DNA of 64,000 nt from a virus (lineage: Duplodnaviria; Caudoviricetes), in IMG/VR virus record IMGVR_UViG_2588253758_000006. One strand, given 5' to 3'. The number at the start of each line of letters is the position of its first letter. Within the stretch, counting starts at the first letter, position 1. Of this stretch, positions 29,958 to 40,237 are shown in pieces. Under the pieces are notes generated by a model. The model ran no database searches and was not told where the DNA came from. It worked only from the letters and a program-made list of their open reading frames with translations. The translations under genes were made by a program, and so were the position numbers.

Positions 29958-30280
29958 TTTGGTGTGATCGAAAAAAGTCACACCAAAGTCACACCAAACT
30001 GCTCCTCTTTTGAAGGTTTGAAAACTACTATAAACTACTGAACTGCAATTATTAACAACGGTTTTGGTGTGACTAAAACTAAGTTTCAAAAAGTCACACT
30101 ATTTATCACACCACCGATAACTTTTGCACGAGTCTATTTATCGCCTGCATTTTTTGGTGTGAGTAAAAAAAGTCACACCAAAACGTTCAAAAGAGGTATA
30201 CAAAAGTACTCTTTCGAGGTCGAATGATAACTATGCAAAACATTGATAAACAGTGATAAAGCCACGATTTGGTGTGACTT
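29958..30280. repeat. Cluster of TCACACCAAA-type integrase arm-site repeats
   Basis: About nine copies in both orientations between the integrase start and att. Confidence 0.75.
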
Positions 30281-30418
30281 TTTTTGAGTACCGCCAAGTC
30301 ACCCTATTTGTCACAGTGATAGATGCTGTATTGTGGGGTATTTTGCTTAGAGGGGTAAAAACAAAAAGTCCCGAAAACCATTGATTTTCAGGACTTTTCC
30401 GCGTTTTGCTACGCTTGT

Positions 30419-30439
30419 TGGCGGTATGGACGGGACTCG
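30419..30439 (-). other. att site, tRNA-Asp 3'-end fragment
   Basis: Minus strand reads CGAGTCCCGT-CCATACC-G-CCA (T arm half, acceptor strand, G73, CCA); IR at ~30363-30398; no 5' tRNA half present. Confidence 0.8.
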
Positions 30440-30581
30440 GAAGTGTTTTGCATAGTTTTTATCACTTTTCATTAATTCCATATTATCAGTGATTTACATT
30501 TTTGTATTTTCTGAATTTTTTGGTAGTTTCGCATAGTTTTTGTAGATTTGCAACACAAATGCAACACAACTTTTTAGCGGT

Positions 30582-30760
30582 ATGGCAAACTACACTCCTT
30601 TCGTAAAACCAAATTATATAGCTAAAGATGGCACCATGCCTCTTTACATCCGATACAATTATGACCGCACGAGGCGGACGTTGATTGCCACCGGCTATTC
30701 CATCAAGCCCGAACATTGGGACGAGAAAAAGAGATGGGTCAAACGTGCCTGCCCGAAGTT
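30582..30760 (+). pseudogene. Integrase arm-binding domain truncated by IS3
   Basis: KDGTMPLYIRY...IATGYSIKPEHWD; preceded by the TGCAACACAA direct repeat at 30549-30570. Confidence 0.8.
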
Positions 30761-30855
30761 TATAATACTCCCCCAAAATAGGACAGCAGTTTAAGCTATA
30801 ATTTGGTTATCTTTGGTCTCATAAAAAATGAGACAAACGATGAGGAAAAAGATTT
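30761..30855 (+). mobile_element. 95-bp left-end fragment of the IS3 element
   Basis: Near-identical to the first 95 bp of the full copy that follows it. Confidence 0.9.
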
Positions 30856-32196
30856 TATAATACTCCCCCAAAATAGGACAGCAGTTTAAGCTATAATTTG
30901 GTTATCTTTGGTCTCATAAAAAATGAGACAAACTATGAGGAAAAAGATTTCGGCAGAGACCAAAGCGGCAGTAGCCTTGGAAGCTATCAAGGGCTTGAAG
31001 ACAGTCAATGAGATTGCTTCGATTTATGAAGTTCATCCGACGCAGGTTGGGGTATGGAAGAAGCAGTTCAAGGAGGGAGCGACCGCCATTTTCTCGACTG
31101 ACAAGGAGCGTAAAGTCAAGTCTGATGAGCAGGTAGAGAACAATCTTTATCGCAAGATTGGTCAGCTTGAGATAGAGAACGAGTTCTTAAAAAAAAAGTG
31201 GGAGCTACTCAAATCTCGTTAGCCGAGCGTAGAGAGATGGTAGAAAAGAATCATCCTCGGCTGAGTTTAGTTCAGCAGTGCATATTGCTAAACATTTGCC
31301 GCAGTGGCATATACTATGCGAGCAAAGGAAGAGCAAGTGCAGATGAGCTTGCTGTTAAAGCAGAGATAGACCGCACCTATACCAAAATGCCTTTCTATGG
31401 TGTCGAGCGGATGACTGAACACTTGCGAAAGAAGGGTTTTACGATAAGCCCTAAGCGAGTGCGTCGTTACTTTCGGGATATGTGCATCAGTGCTATCTAC
31501 CCCAAGCCTAACACCACGTGGCATAATAAGGAGCATAAGATATACCCCTATCTATTGCGAGGATTAACTATTGACAGGGTAAATCAGGTTTGGAGTACCG
31601 ACATCACCTATATCCCAATGAATGGAGGTTATATGTACCTGTGCGCCATCATTGATTGGCATTCGCGCTTTGTGTTGGCTTGGGGGATAAGCAATACTCA
31701 CGATAGCGAGTTCTGCCAAGAGTTGCTCAAAGAGGCTATTGCCAGATACGGCAAGCCGGAGATATTCAACACCGACCAAGGGAGTGAGTTCACGGCCAAG
31801 GAGTTCGTTAAGATACTTGAAGAAAATGAGATACAGATAAGTATGGACGGTAAAGGTAGGGCTTTGGATAATATTTTTGTCGAAAGGTTGTGGCGCAGCG
31901 TAAAATATGAGTATATTTACCTGTCGAACCCCGGCAGCGGCAAAGAGTTATATGATGGCTTGACTGACTATTTTCGTCTTTACAACACCGAAAGGCTACA
32001 TCAATCGCTTGAATACAAGACTCCGAGTGAGGTCTATATGACGGCGGCATAGAAAAAGTTTGTTTCATTTCGTTGCCCTTAAGGGCAACGAAATGAAACA
32101 AACACTAAAACAACAACTAACAATAACCCGAGAGCAAAGAAACAAATACTATCTTAAGCAGATACAAAAACTGTCCGAATAGAGGGAAGTATTATA
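30856..32196 (+). mobile_element. IS3-family element, copy 2 (1341 bp, no TSD)
   Basis: Same IRs and length as copy 1. Confidence 0.95.
30923..32052 (+). CDS. IS3 transposase OrfA/OrfB (frameshift fusion)
   Basis: Near-identical to 22463-23592. Confidence 0.95.
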
Positions 32197-32367
32197 TACA
32201 GAGGCTTTTCGAGCGCGACGATTTCAATTGATAACTTTGCAGCCCATAATAAAGGCTGCAATGAATAAAGAGAAATATGTGTTTGCTCAGTTGATCTCAT
32301 TTCTGAATGAAGATAAATTTAGACGCATTGTCAACAAGTTCCAAGGGAATCGTTACATTAAGTATTT

Positions 32368-33838
32368 GAGACTGTAATCTGAACTCTGTCCAAAAACACT
32401 TACCTTTGTATTATGGATAGGAGAAGTCAGGAGTATCAAATAATGCGTGATAAGGCATTATCTCAGCTTCGGAGTGGGGAGTCACTCACGGGCAAAGATG
32501 GGGCATTTGCTCCACTGTTGAAAGAATTTTTAGAAGCCGCTTTGGATGGCGAAATGGCAGCTCATCTCGACGAGGCGGAACGCCAGCAAGGCAACAAGCG
32601 TAACGGTCGAGGAAGCAAACGAGTCAAAACGATGGCAGGTGAGATTGAAATAGAGACACCTCAGGATCGTCATAGCAGTTTTACACCCGAGATTCTCAGG
32701 AAACGGGAGACCATTTTGGCGGATAATATGTCCTCCAAGATCATCAGTTTGTATGGTATGGGTATGAGCCTGAGGGATATATCTGCTCATATCGAAGAGA
32801 TGTATGACGTTGAGATATCGCACAATACGCTGAGTGAAATTATCGAACGTATAGTTCCCAAGGTCAAGGAGTGGCAAAGTCGTCCTTTGGAGTCGATGTA
32901 CACTATCGTTTGGCTCGATGCGATGCACTACAAGGTCAAAGATGGTGGACGTACGGAGAGCCGAGCCGTTTATAATGTGCTGGCAGTCAATAAGGATGGT
33001 CGCAAAGAGTTAATCGGGATGTATGTATCTGAGAGTGAGGGAGCGAACTTCTGGTTGAGTGTATTGACCGATTTGAAAGCACGTGGGATGAAAGATGTTT
33101 TGATTGCCTGCATTGACAACCTTACGGGCTTTGCCGAGGCAATAGCCACCATTTTCCCGCAAGTAATCATTCAGAGCTGCATCGTTCATCAAATCCGCAA
33201 CTCATTGAAATACATTGCCTCCAAAGACAAAAAGGAGTTTATGGGTGATTTGAAGACGGTCTATCAAGCTCCCACTCTGGATTTAGCCGAACTCAATCTT
33301 GATAAATTGGAGGATAAATGGGGGCAGAAATACCCTGTTGTTATAGGCTCGTGGCGACGAAATTGGGATAAGCTTAGTGCCTATTTTGCTTATGATGAGC
33401 ATATTCGCAGACTTATCTACACAACTAATGCTGTTGAGGGATTTCATCGTCAGGCACGGAAAGTTACCAAGACGAAGGGTGTTTTCCCTAATGATATGGC
33501 ATTGATGAAGTTACTCTACTTAGCGGTGCTCAACATCTCCAAGAAATGGACTCAACCCCTTCCGAATTGGGCGTTAACAGCAGGTCAATTACGGATAAAG
33601 TTTGGCGAAAGGATGCCTATGGAGTTATAGCCCTTGTTTATTCTTTTCGGTTTTCCAAACGCAAAGAAAAGGCAGTTTCCGGATGTGAGCAAGGGTATAT
33701 AAACGGCTCGTGCCTCGCCGCCCTTGCACACATCCAAAAACCGCCTTGAAAAAGCATTTGTAAAGCCGAAAAGAAAAAATTATATTTGTAGAAATTTAAC
33801 TCGAAATATTTACCGGACAGAGTTTATATTACACTCCC
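32368..33838 (+). mobile_element. IS256-family element, copy 3 (1471 bp)
   Basis: Same IRs; 8-bp TSD AAGTATTT. Confidence 0.97.
32413..33630 (+). CDS. IS256-family transposase
   Basis: Protein identical to copy 2. Confidence 0.97.
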   Translation: MDRRSQEYQIMRDKALSQLRSGESLTGKDGAFAPLLKEFLEAALDGEMAAHLDEAERQQGNKRNGRGSKRVKTMAGEIEIETPQDRHSSFTPEILRKRETILADNMSSKIISLYGMGMSLRDISAHIEEMYDVEISHNTLSEIIERIVPKVKEWQSRPLESMYTIVWLDAMHYKVKDGGRTESRAVYNVLAVNKDGRKELIGMYVSESEGANFWLSVLTDLKARGMKDVLIACIDNLTGFAEAIATIFPQVIIQSCIVHQIRNSLKYIASKDKKEFMGDLKTVYQAPTLDLAELNLDKLEDKWGQKYPVVIGSWRRNWDKLSAYFAYDEHIRRLIYTTNAVEGFHRQARKVTKTKGVFPNDMALMKLLYLAVLNISKKWTQPLPNWALTAGQLRIKFGERMPMEL

Positions 33839-35134
33839 AAGTATTTCACTTGCTGGAATCAACTTCTATCTTTGATGTTCGGACAACTCTCCAATCGTGA
33901 AAGTTTGAGAGACTTGATTGTAGCTCTTGATGCTCACCATTCCAAATGTTATCACTTGGGAATGGGTCGAAATGTTTCAAGATCATCTTTGGCGCGAGCC
34001 AATCAAGACAGGGATTATCACATCTTTGAGGAGTATGCCTACTACTTGGTAAATGAAGCAAGGCAGAAGCGTGTCACCGATATCTTCAAACTTGGTGGAA
34101 ACGTGTACGCCTTTGATTCTACAACCATTGATTTATGCCTTTCCGTATTTTGGTGGGCAAAGTTTCGCAAGAAGAAAGGTGGTATCAAAGTGCATACTTT
34201 GTATGATGTAGAAACGCAGATACCTGCATTCTTTCATATCACCGAAGCTTCCGGGCATGATTCAAAGGCTATGAATGAAATTCCCTATGAATCTGGCTCC
34301 TACTATATCTTTGATCGTGCTTACAACAACTTCAAGATGTTGTATCGGATTCATCAGATAGGTGCCTACTTCGTTGTCAGGGCTAAGAAGAATCTACAAT
34401 ACAAGTCTATCAAGTGGAAGCGCAGACTGCCCCAAAAGATACTCTCGGATATGACTATCGAATTGATGGGCTTTTATCCGAAGCAATACTATCCAGAGCC
34501 GCTTCGCTTGGTCAGATATTGGGATGAAGAACAAAAACGTGAGTTTGTTTTCTTAACCAATGCAATGCACATTTCTGCCCTTCAAGTTGCCGAACTTTAC
34601 AAGAACCGCTGGCAAGTAGAGCTGTTCTTCAAATGGCTAAAGCAGCACCTCAAGATCAAAAAGTTCTGGGGGACTACCGAGAACGCCGTTAGAATACAAA
34701 TCTACGCTTCAATATGTACTTACTGTCTGGTGGCAATGGTTCAGCACGATATGAAACTTGATAGAAGTACATACGAAGTTCTTCAAATATTGAGCATCTC
34801 GCTGACCGATAAAACGCCTCTTCGAGACCTCTTTGACAAAACTAAATTTCAAAATGACAAAGAACGATTTGGACCTGATGGGCCAAGTTTATTTGATTTT
34901 TAATAACGTCCCAATTTTAATGGGACACTAGTGATATAAGATATTATATCATAAAGACAAAACCTCCGTAAGAACCAAAACCAATGGCAAAGGGATTTCA
35001 TTTGCATTCTTATCACAAAAAAGAACACCTATTAAGATACTCTGATCAATACTATACTTCCAGCATTTGTCAATGTGGAGTTCCAAATTATGTGTTTACT
35101 TTGGGAGTATATTCTAAGTGGATAGTTAGTTTAT

Positions 35135-36589
35135 CATTATTAACCGACTAAAATCGGATTTTTGTTAATTATTTCTGCAATCGTTTAGTAATCAGCATGT
35201 ATTTCCGCATAAATAGTCATTTCAAAATACCTACCCCCCCTCAAAATAGTGCCATTTGTATCGTTGGGGCTCGGCTCGATGAGCAAAAATTAGCCCCTTT
35301 TCGCTTGTGATAAGTGCGTTTGCAGTTCTGAATCATCCAAAAAATATCCAGATAACTCGTCAAATGTATCCTCACCAACACCGCAACAGTCGAAAATGCT
35401 TTGTCAGTCTGCGTTTTGACTTTCAACACCGTCAAAAGTAGATGAGCAATGAGCGTTATCCATATCTGCGTCTTAATTCCATTCTCGGTCTCAGAGTAGA
35501 AAAAGTGTAGTTGAAAATTCTGCTTCAACTTCTTAAACAACAGCTCTATTTGCCAGCGGCACTTGTAGATAAAAGCCACATCCTCTGCACTGATTTGAAA
35601 GTTATTGGTGATAAAAACCAATATCCGACCCTTTTCATCACGATAAACAACTTTCCTTAAACAAACCTTCTTCTGCTCCTTATTATCCTTATAATTCAGA
35701 TGAATGTGCTCCTCTGATATTACTCCAAACTCTTTGTCGTTCAGCACTTTCTCTGAAATAACCTCCTGTACCTCGTAAACAGCATTGCGTTTCAACCGTC
35801 CGACAAACCAAACTCCCTCTTCTGTCCAGCGGGCATATTGCCCATAGTCGTTGTACGCCTTGTCGAAACAAATCATACTCCCTGCTGTGAGGTTGAGCTT
35901 GCTCAGAAATTTCTTATCGTGCATTTTTGCCTCGCTTATATTGACGTGCTTGGCACAATCGGCGTGAGCGTCTATCATCATATGCACCTTCAATCCACCC
36001 TTCTTCTTACCATCTCCTTTGGGGTTACGACCTACCCCCTTCATTATGTCCGAAAATAGGCGAATAGTGGTAGAATCGAAGATGTAAAACTTCTCAAAAT
36101 CCACCCCCTTAATTCGGCTGACCGACAAAAGTGGCGAGTAGTGGCTCAATAACTCAAAGTAGTAATCCCTGAACAAAACCTCATCTCTATCTCGCAAAGC
36201 ATCGCCTATGGTGCTTTTGGCGGGCGATTTATCTAGCCCCAAATAGCTCAACTTGCCTTGCAAGCCCTGCATTGCTGCTGCAATCTCGCCCACAGAATCA
36301 CACCTGCTAAAGACCCCAAAGAGCAAAGTTATCAACTGCTCCCACGAGCGAAATCGTTTGTAGTACCTATCCGATTTGTGACGGTGAACTAACAGGTCAA
36401 ACTTCGCTCTTGGCAGAAAATCTACAACCTGTTTGAAAATCGGCTGACCGACTAAATTTTTATAACTATCTTTGCCCATAGTTGAATCTTGTATTGTTTG
36501 CACTTACAAAATTACAACTATCGGGGTAATTCTCTTCAAAGGGGATTACCCCTCTCTTTTTTTCTCAACTTTTTTGTCGGTCAGTAATG
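35135..36589 (-). mobile_element. IS4-family element
   Basis: IRs CATTATTAACCGACTAAAA / CATTACTGACCGACAAAAA; 9-bp TSD TTAGTTTAT (right copy later split by IS1634). Confidence 0.9.
35241..36503 (-). CDS. IS4-family transposase
   Basis: IFDSTTIRL, CFDKAY, YKCRWQIELLFKKLKQ motifs. Confidence 0.95.
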   Translation of the reverse strand: MQTIQDSTMGKDSYKNLVGQPIFKQVVDFLPRAKFDLLVHRHKSDRYYKRFRSWEQLITLLFGVFSRCDSVGEIAAAMQGLQGKLSYLGLDKSPAKSTIGDALRDRDEVLFRDYYFELLSHYSPLLSVSRIKGVDFEKFYIFDSTTIRLFSDIMKGVGRNPKGDGKKKGGLKVHMMIDAHADCAKHVNISEAKMHDKKFLSKLNLTAGSMICFDKAYNDYGQYARWTEEGVWFVGRLKRNAVYEVQEVISEKVLNDKEFGVISEEHIHLNYKDNKEQKKVCLRKVVYRDEKGRILVFITNNFQISAEDVAFIYKCRWQIELLFKKLKQNFQLHFFYSETENGIKTQIWITLIAHLLLTVLKVKTQTDKAFSTVAVLVRIHLTSYLDIFWMIQNCKRTYHKRKGANFCSSSRAPTIQMALF

Positions 36590-36593
36590 TTAG

Positions 36594-38745
36594 CCCAACT
36601 TCAACGCCAAAAAGTTTTTTCGGTGTTTTTTTGCTCAAAAACGGGGGTGATTTCATACTATTGAGTTGATTTTCAGAAGATGCTTATTTGGTGAAGTGCT
36701 TTGTAATACCCACGGGAGTAAATTTTATGTTGTACCTTAGCGGGCATGTACTTCACATCGAACATACGCGTGAGCCCCGAGCACGGCAGGGAACTCCCTT
36801 ATTATAAAATCAAGGAGTCCTTCCGTGATGTTATAGGACGTGTGCATACCCGTGTAATGTTGACTCCGGGCTACCTTCCCGATTTGTGCAGCGATGAGAT
36901 TGTGCAGATTCGCCGCGGTCTGACCTATATGATGGAGCAGAGTGCGTATATCCCAGCTCAGCAGGCGATGTTTACTGCCGATCCCAGAGGAGAGTACAGT
37001 GAAGAGGTTCGTGGATACATCGAGAAGTTTTGGAGTCAGATAAAGGGTAGCGGCAAGATTGATTCCGCACGGGCAAGTTATGATGAGGCAGAACGCAAAG
37101 CCCGCAAATTAATAGATGTCAACACAATACAGCATACAGATGCACGTGAGGCAGGTGCAGAGAATGTATGCCTTCAGGCGATACGCGAACTACAGCTCGA
37201 CACATTTCTGCGACGCGAAGGATGGTCGGAGCGTAAGATAAATTCTACACTGGCATCCTTGATTATCCGGACTGTATATTCCCCATCGGAATGGGCGGCA
37301 CTACGTATACTCGACGAGAATTCTGCCGCAATGGAGCTTCTGACGGGTCAGTTTGGCGACTGCCCGACTCAGCGCGAGGTATATGCGGCTGCTCCATCGC
37401 TTTATGCCTTGAAAGACAAGCTAGAGCGTCATCTGTGCTCTCGCACCGACTCGTTGTTTAATCTCACTAACCGGGTGATGCTCTTCGATTTGACCAACTT
37501 CTATTTCGAGGGTAGCAAGACAGGCTCAAAGAAGGCAAAGTTTGGTCGCTCGAAGGAGAAACGCTCAGACTGTCGCCTTCTTGTCCTCGCCTTGGCAATC
37601 AATACTGAAGGCTTTATCCGATACAGTTCAATCCTTGCCGGCAACACAGCCGACCCCGATTCACTACCGGCGATGGTGGAGGGCATTATCTCGAAGAATC
37701 CGGTCTCGACAAACCCCCAACAGAAAGTTATGGTGGTCATCGATGCAGGAATAGCCACGGAAGCCAATCTCGGATTGCTCAAAGAACGAGGATATAATTA
37801 CCTTTGTGTCAGCAGAACCAAGCTCAAAGATTATACTCTCAAAGAGGAAGGTCGCTCTGTTACGGTATTTGATAGTCGCAAGCGTCCCATTACTATAGCC
37901 CAAGTCGAGCACCGGGAGGGAGGCGACTTCTACCTTCGCATTACCTCCCCCGCCAAAGCAATGACCGAACATTCCATGAACCAACAGTGGCGAGAGCGTT
38001 TCGAGCTTGAACTCACAAAGGCACGCAACGCTCTTACGGCAAAAGGAGGCACAAAGAGATACGACAAGGTGGTGGAGCGTGTTGGACGTGCACTCGGTAA
38101 ATACCCCTCTGTATCCAAGTATTACCAAATAGACTACATCCGCTCGGGTGAGAATCCCGAACACATGTCAGATATCCGCTGGCAAATCAAAATCAGCCAA
38201 GAAGAGACTGAGCAACGCTTTGGCACATACTTCCTGCGCACCAACATAGCCACCCTTGACGAGCGAACTACGTGGGAGTACTATAACTTGATTAGAGAGA
38301 TAGAGACATCAAACCGGCAACTCAAAACAGACCTGGAATTGCGCCCCATCTACCATCAGACAGATAACAACTCCGATGCCCATCTATTCTTCGGACTACT
38401 ATCATACTGGATTGTAAACACAGTTCGACACAAACTAAAGTTACAAGGCATAACTCATTACTGGACTGAATTAAAGCGCATTCTATCCACCCAAAAGGCT
38501 ATTACCACCAAAGCAGAAAACGCACTCGGAGAACAAATAGAACTACGCATCTGTTCGGACCCCACAGATGCCGCCTCGGAACTATATCGAATCCTCGGAT
38601 ACAACCCCATACCATTTAGACGACACACAATCAAAACTGCACCACCACCTCCGAATTGAAAAATCTGTAGTACCCACGCAGAAAGCCAAAAACAGATAAG
38701 GCTTAAAGAACAGAGGATTTGCATACATATTACGTTGAAGTTGGG
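36594..38745 (+). mobile_element. IS1634-family element, copy 2 (2152 bp)
   Basis: IRs CCCAACTTCAACG; TSD TTAG. Confidence 0.92.
36746..38659 (+). CDS. IS1634-family transposase
   Basis: 637 aa, two substitutions relative to copy 1. Confidence 0.92.
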   Translation: MYFTSNIRVSPEHGRELPYYKIKESFRDVIGRVHTRVMLTPGYLPDLCSDEIVQIRRGLTYMMEQSAYIPAQQAMFTADPRGEYSEEVRGYIEKFWSQIKGSGKIDSARASYDEAERKARKLIDVNTIQHTDAREAGAENVCLQAIRELQLDTFLRREGWSERKINSTLASLIIRTVYSPSEWAALRILDENSAAMELLTGQFGDCPTQREVYAAAPSLYALKDKLERHLCSRTDSLFNLTNRVMLFDLTNFYFEGSKTGSKKAKFGRSKEKRSDCRLLVLALAINTEGFIRYSSILAGNTADPDSLPAMVEGIISKNPVSTNPQQKVMVVIDAGIATEANLGLLKERGYNYLCVSRTKLKDYTLKEEGRSVTVFDSRKRPITIAQVEHREGGDFYLRITSPAKAMTEHSMNQQWRERFELELTKARNALTAKGGTKRYDKVVERVGRALGKYPSVSKYYQIDYIRSGENPEHMSDIRWQIKISQEETEQRFGTYFLRTNIATLDERTTWEYYNLIREIETSNRQLKTDLELRPIYHQTDNNSDAHLFFGLLSYWIVNTVRHKLKLQGITHYWTELKRILSTQKAITTKAENALGEQIELRICSDPTDAASELYRILGYNPIPFRRHTIKTAPPPPN

Positions 38746-39956
38746 TTAGTTTATATTCTTCTTCGAATGGTTCCAATTTCATTTGGTATACTGTTATGTT
38801 TTTCCTTTTAGCTATATTCAGTAAATGTTGCTTATTGTCGTTATTTATTTTAGTGCCTAGATATATTGCTTTAGGTCTTATTATCTCAATAAAATCAATG
38901 TCAGGTTTATTGTCATCATAATCTAAATTAGATTGTTTAATTATTCGCCATTCTTTTTCGTATTCCCAATCTTTAGATTTGAATAGTAATATTTTGTAAT
39001 ACAACAGCTTGTCTGGAAATGGTATTTTGCATTCAACTCCTATCTGGTGATAGAAATTGTATATAAAATTGTTAGAAACAAATTCCGTGGCGTCAAAGCG
39101 TTTATTAGAATACTGTATTGGAAACAGTTTCTTATCTAAAAATTCTGAACCAACCTGTTTTAGACCAACATCAACAACATATCTTGCTTCAAAATCATAA
39201 CATAGAGCAAATCCAGTGTGGTTGTTTGCATAATGCGACCACATTAATATTGATTCAACCGTTTCTGATAAGCATCCAACGTAAGATGATTGTTTAAGAG
39301 ACTCTATTGACAAAGCAATTAACTTATCAATGAATAATCCATAATACTCTTTACTAGCCTTCAAGTACCTTAATCTGTCTTCTTCACTTTTAAATGAACC
39401 TATTTCCAACAATCTATTTACAAAGTCCAATCCGAACTTTTCAATTTCTTGATTTTTGAATTCTTCATCCTCTTTCATTTTTTTGACTTTATCAAAGCTA
39501 TTACTCCCGTCATCGGAAAGATCTTCAATGATTTTATTTTTATTGATATAAACCAGAGAATCATGGGTCATTAAATAAAGTAGGTTTTGTTAACAGGAAT
39601 TTATCTTCTTCTAAAGTGCGAAAGTTGTTTTCATTACACTCTCTGTATCTAAAAAGATTTCCAGGTGTTATTTCTTTGCATTTATAAAAAATATCACTGA
39701 CAATATTAGCTTCTTCCTCAAGGGGTATATCTGTAGGGATTTTTAATTCTATTAGATAATTGATTAATTCTTCTTTTGCATTATTCATTATTGTAGATAC
39801 TCTATTAGTTTAATTAATACAAAGTTAATATCTTGTCGCCATATATAATTCAAAAAAGGAATAAATCTAACAGTCCGAGTAGTACGTATAAAAATCGAAA
39901 ACCGCACTATCTCACGACAGGACGGTTTTCTTCTTCAAAACTATGTACAACACAAA

Positions 39957-40235
39957 TCAATCCATTATTTTATTAATAAGCTTCTTAACATCTTCAATAT
40001 CATAGTATAGCTTGCCCCTCAATTTACGAGGCGTTAGCTCACCGCTCTTACGGTAACGATAAATACTACGCTTACTAATTTTCAATATCTTGCAGAGGTC
40101 TGCATCATCAATCATCTCACGTCCGTCAATAACGTGCTTCTTATATCCGTCAATTTTGCTCTCAATCGTATCTAAACGGTCGAAAATCCTGCTAACAATA
40201 GCATCTATATATTCTTTTAACTGCTTCATAAACAT
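39957..40235 (-). CDS. HTH_17 excisionase-like protein
   Basis: MIDDADLCKILKISKRSIYRYRKSG...KLYY motif. Confidence 0.85.
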   Translation of the reverse strand: MFMKQLKEYIDAIVSRIFDRLDTIESKIDGYKKHVIDGREMIDDADLCKILKISKRSIYRYRKSGELTPRKLRGKLYYDIEDVKKLINKIMD

Positions 40236-40237
40236 TA

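Larger units (their letters stand above)
6910..30439. mobile_element. tRNA-Asp-targeted integrative island (IS-decayed)
   Basis: Direct-repeat att cores at both ends, integrase at the right end, and TCACACC arm motif near both ends (6996-7003 and 29958-30280). Confidence 0.65.
32261..34903 (+). pseudogene. IS4-family (DUF4372) transposase split by IS256
   Basis: MNKEKYVFAQL...RYIKYF|TCWNQLLSLMFGQL; AFDSTTIDL, IFDRAY, YKNRWQVELFFKWLKQ; right IR ends at ~34933, left IR absent. Confidence 0.92.
35032..39788 (-). pseudogene. DUF2971-family gene, frameshifted and doubly IS-interrupted
   Basis: LFRYR...FNDP (39561-39788) frameshifts into DSL...CLSE...LMWSHYANNHTGF...KSKDWEYEKEWR; tail resumes below 35134. 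Confidence 0.8.

Noticed and set aside
29958-30280. Possible CRISPR array (also considered at 59404-59533 and 62507-62554)
   Set aside because: Repeats are short, irregularly spaced or mixed in orientation, have no unique regular spacers, and no cas genes are present
30577-30585. GCGGTATGG as a third tRNA-Asp att copy
   Set aside because: Only 9 bp, and it includes the integrase start codon; likely chance
38582-38745. C-terminus of the 329-aa ORF
   Set aside because: Read-through into the IS1634 end (TQLQRNMYANP also appears at copy 1)
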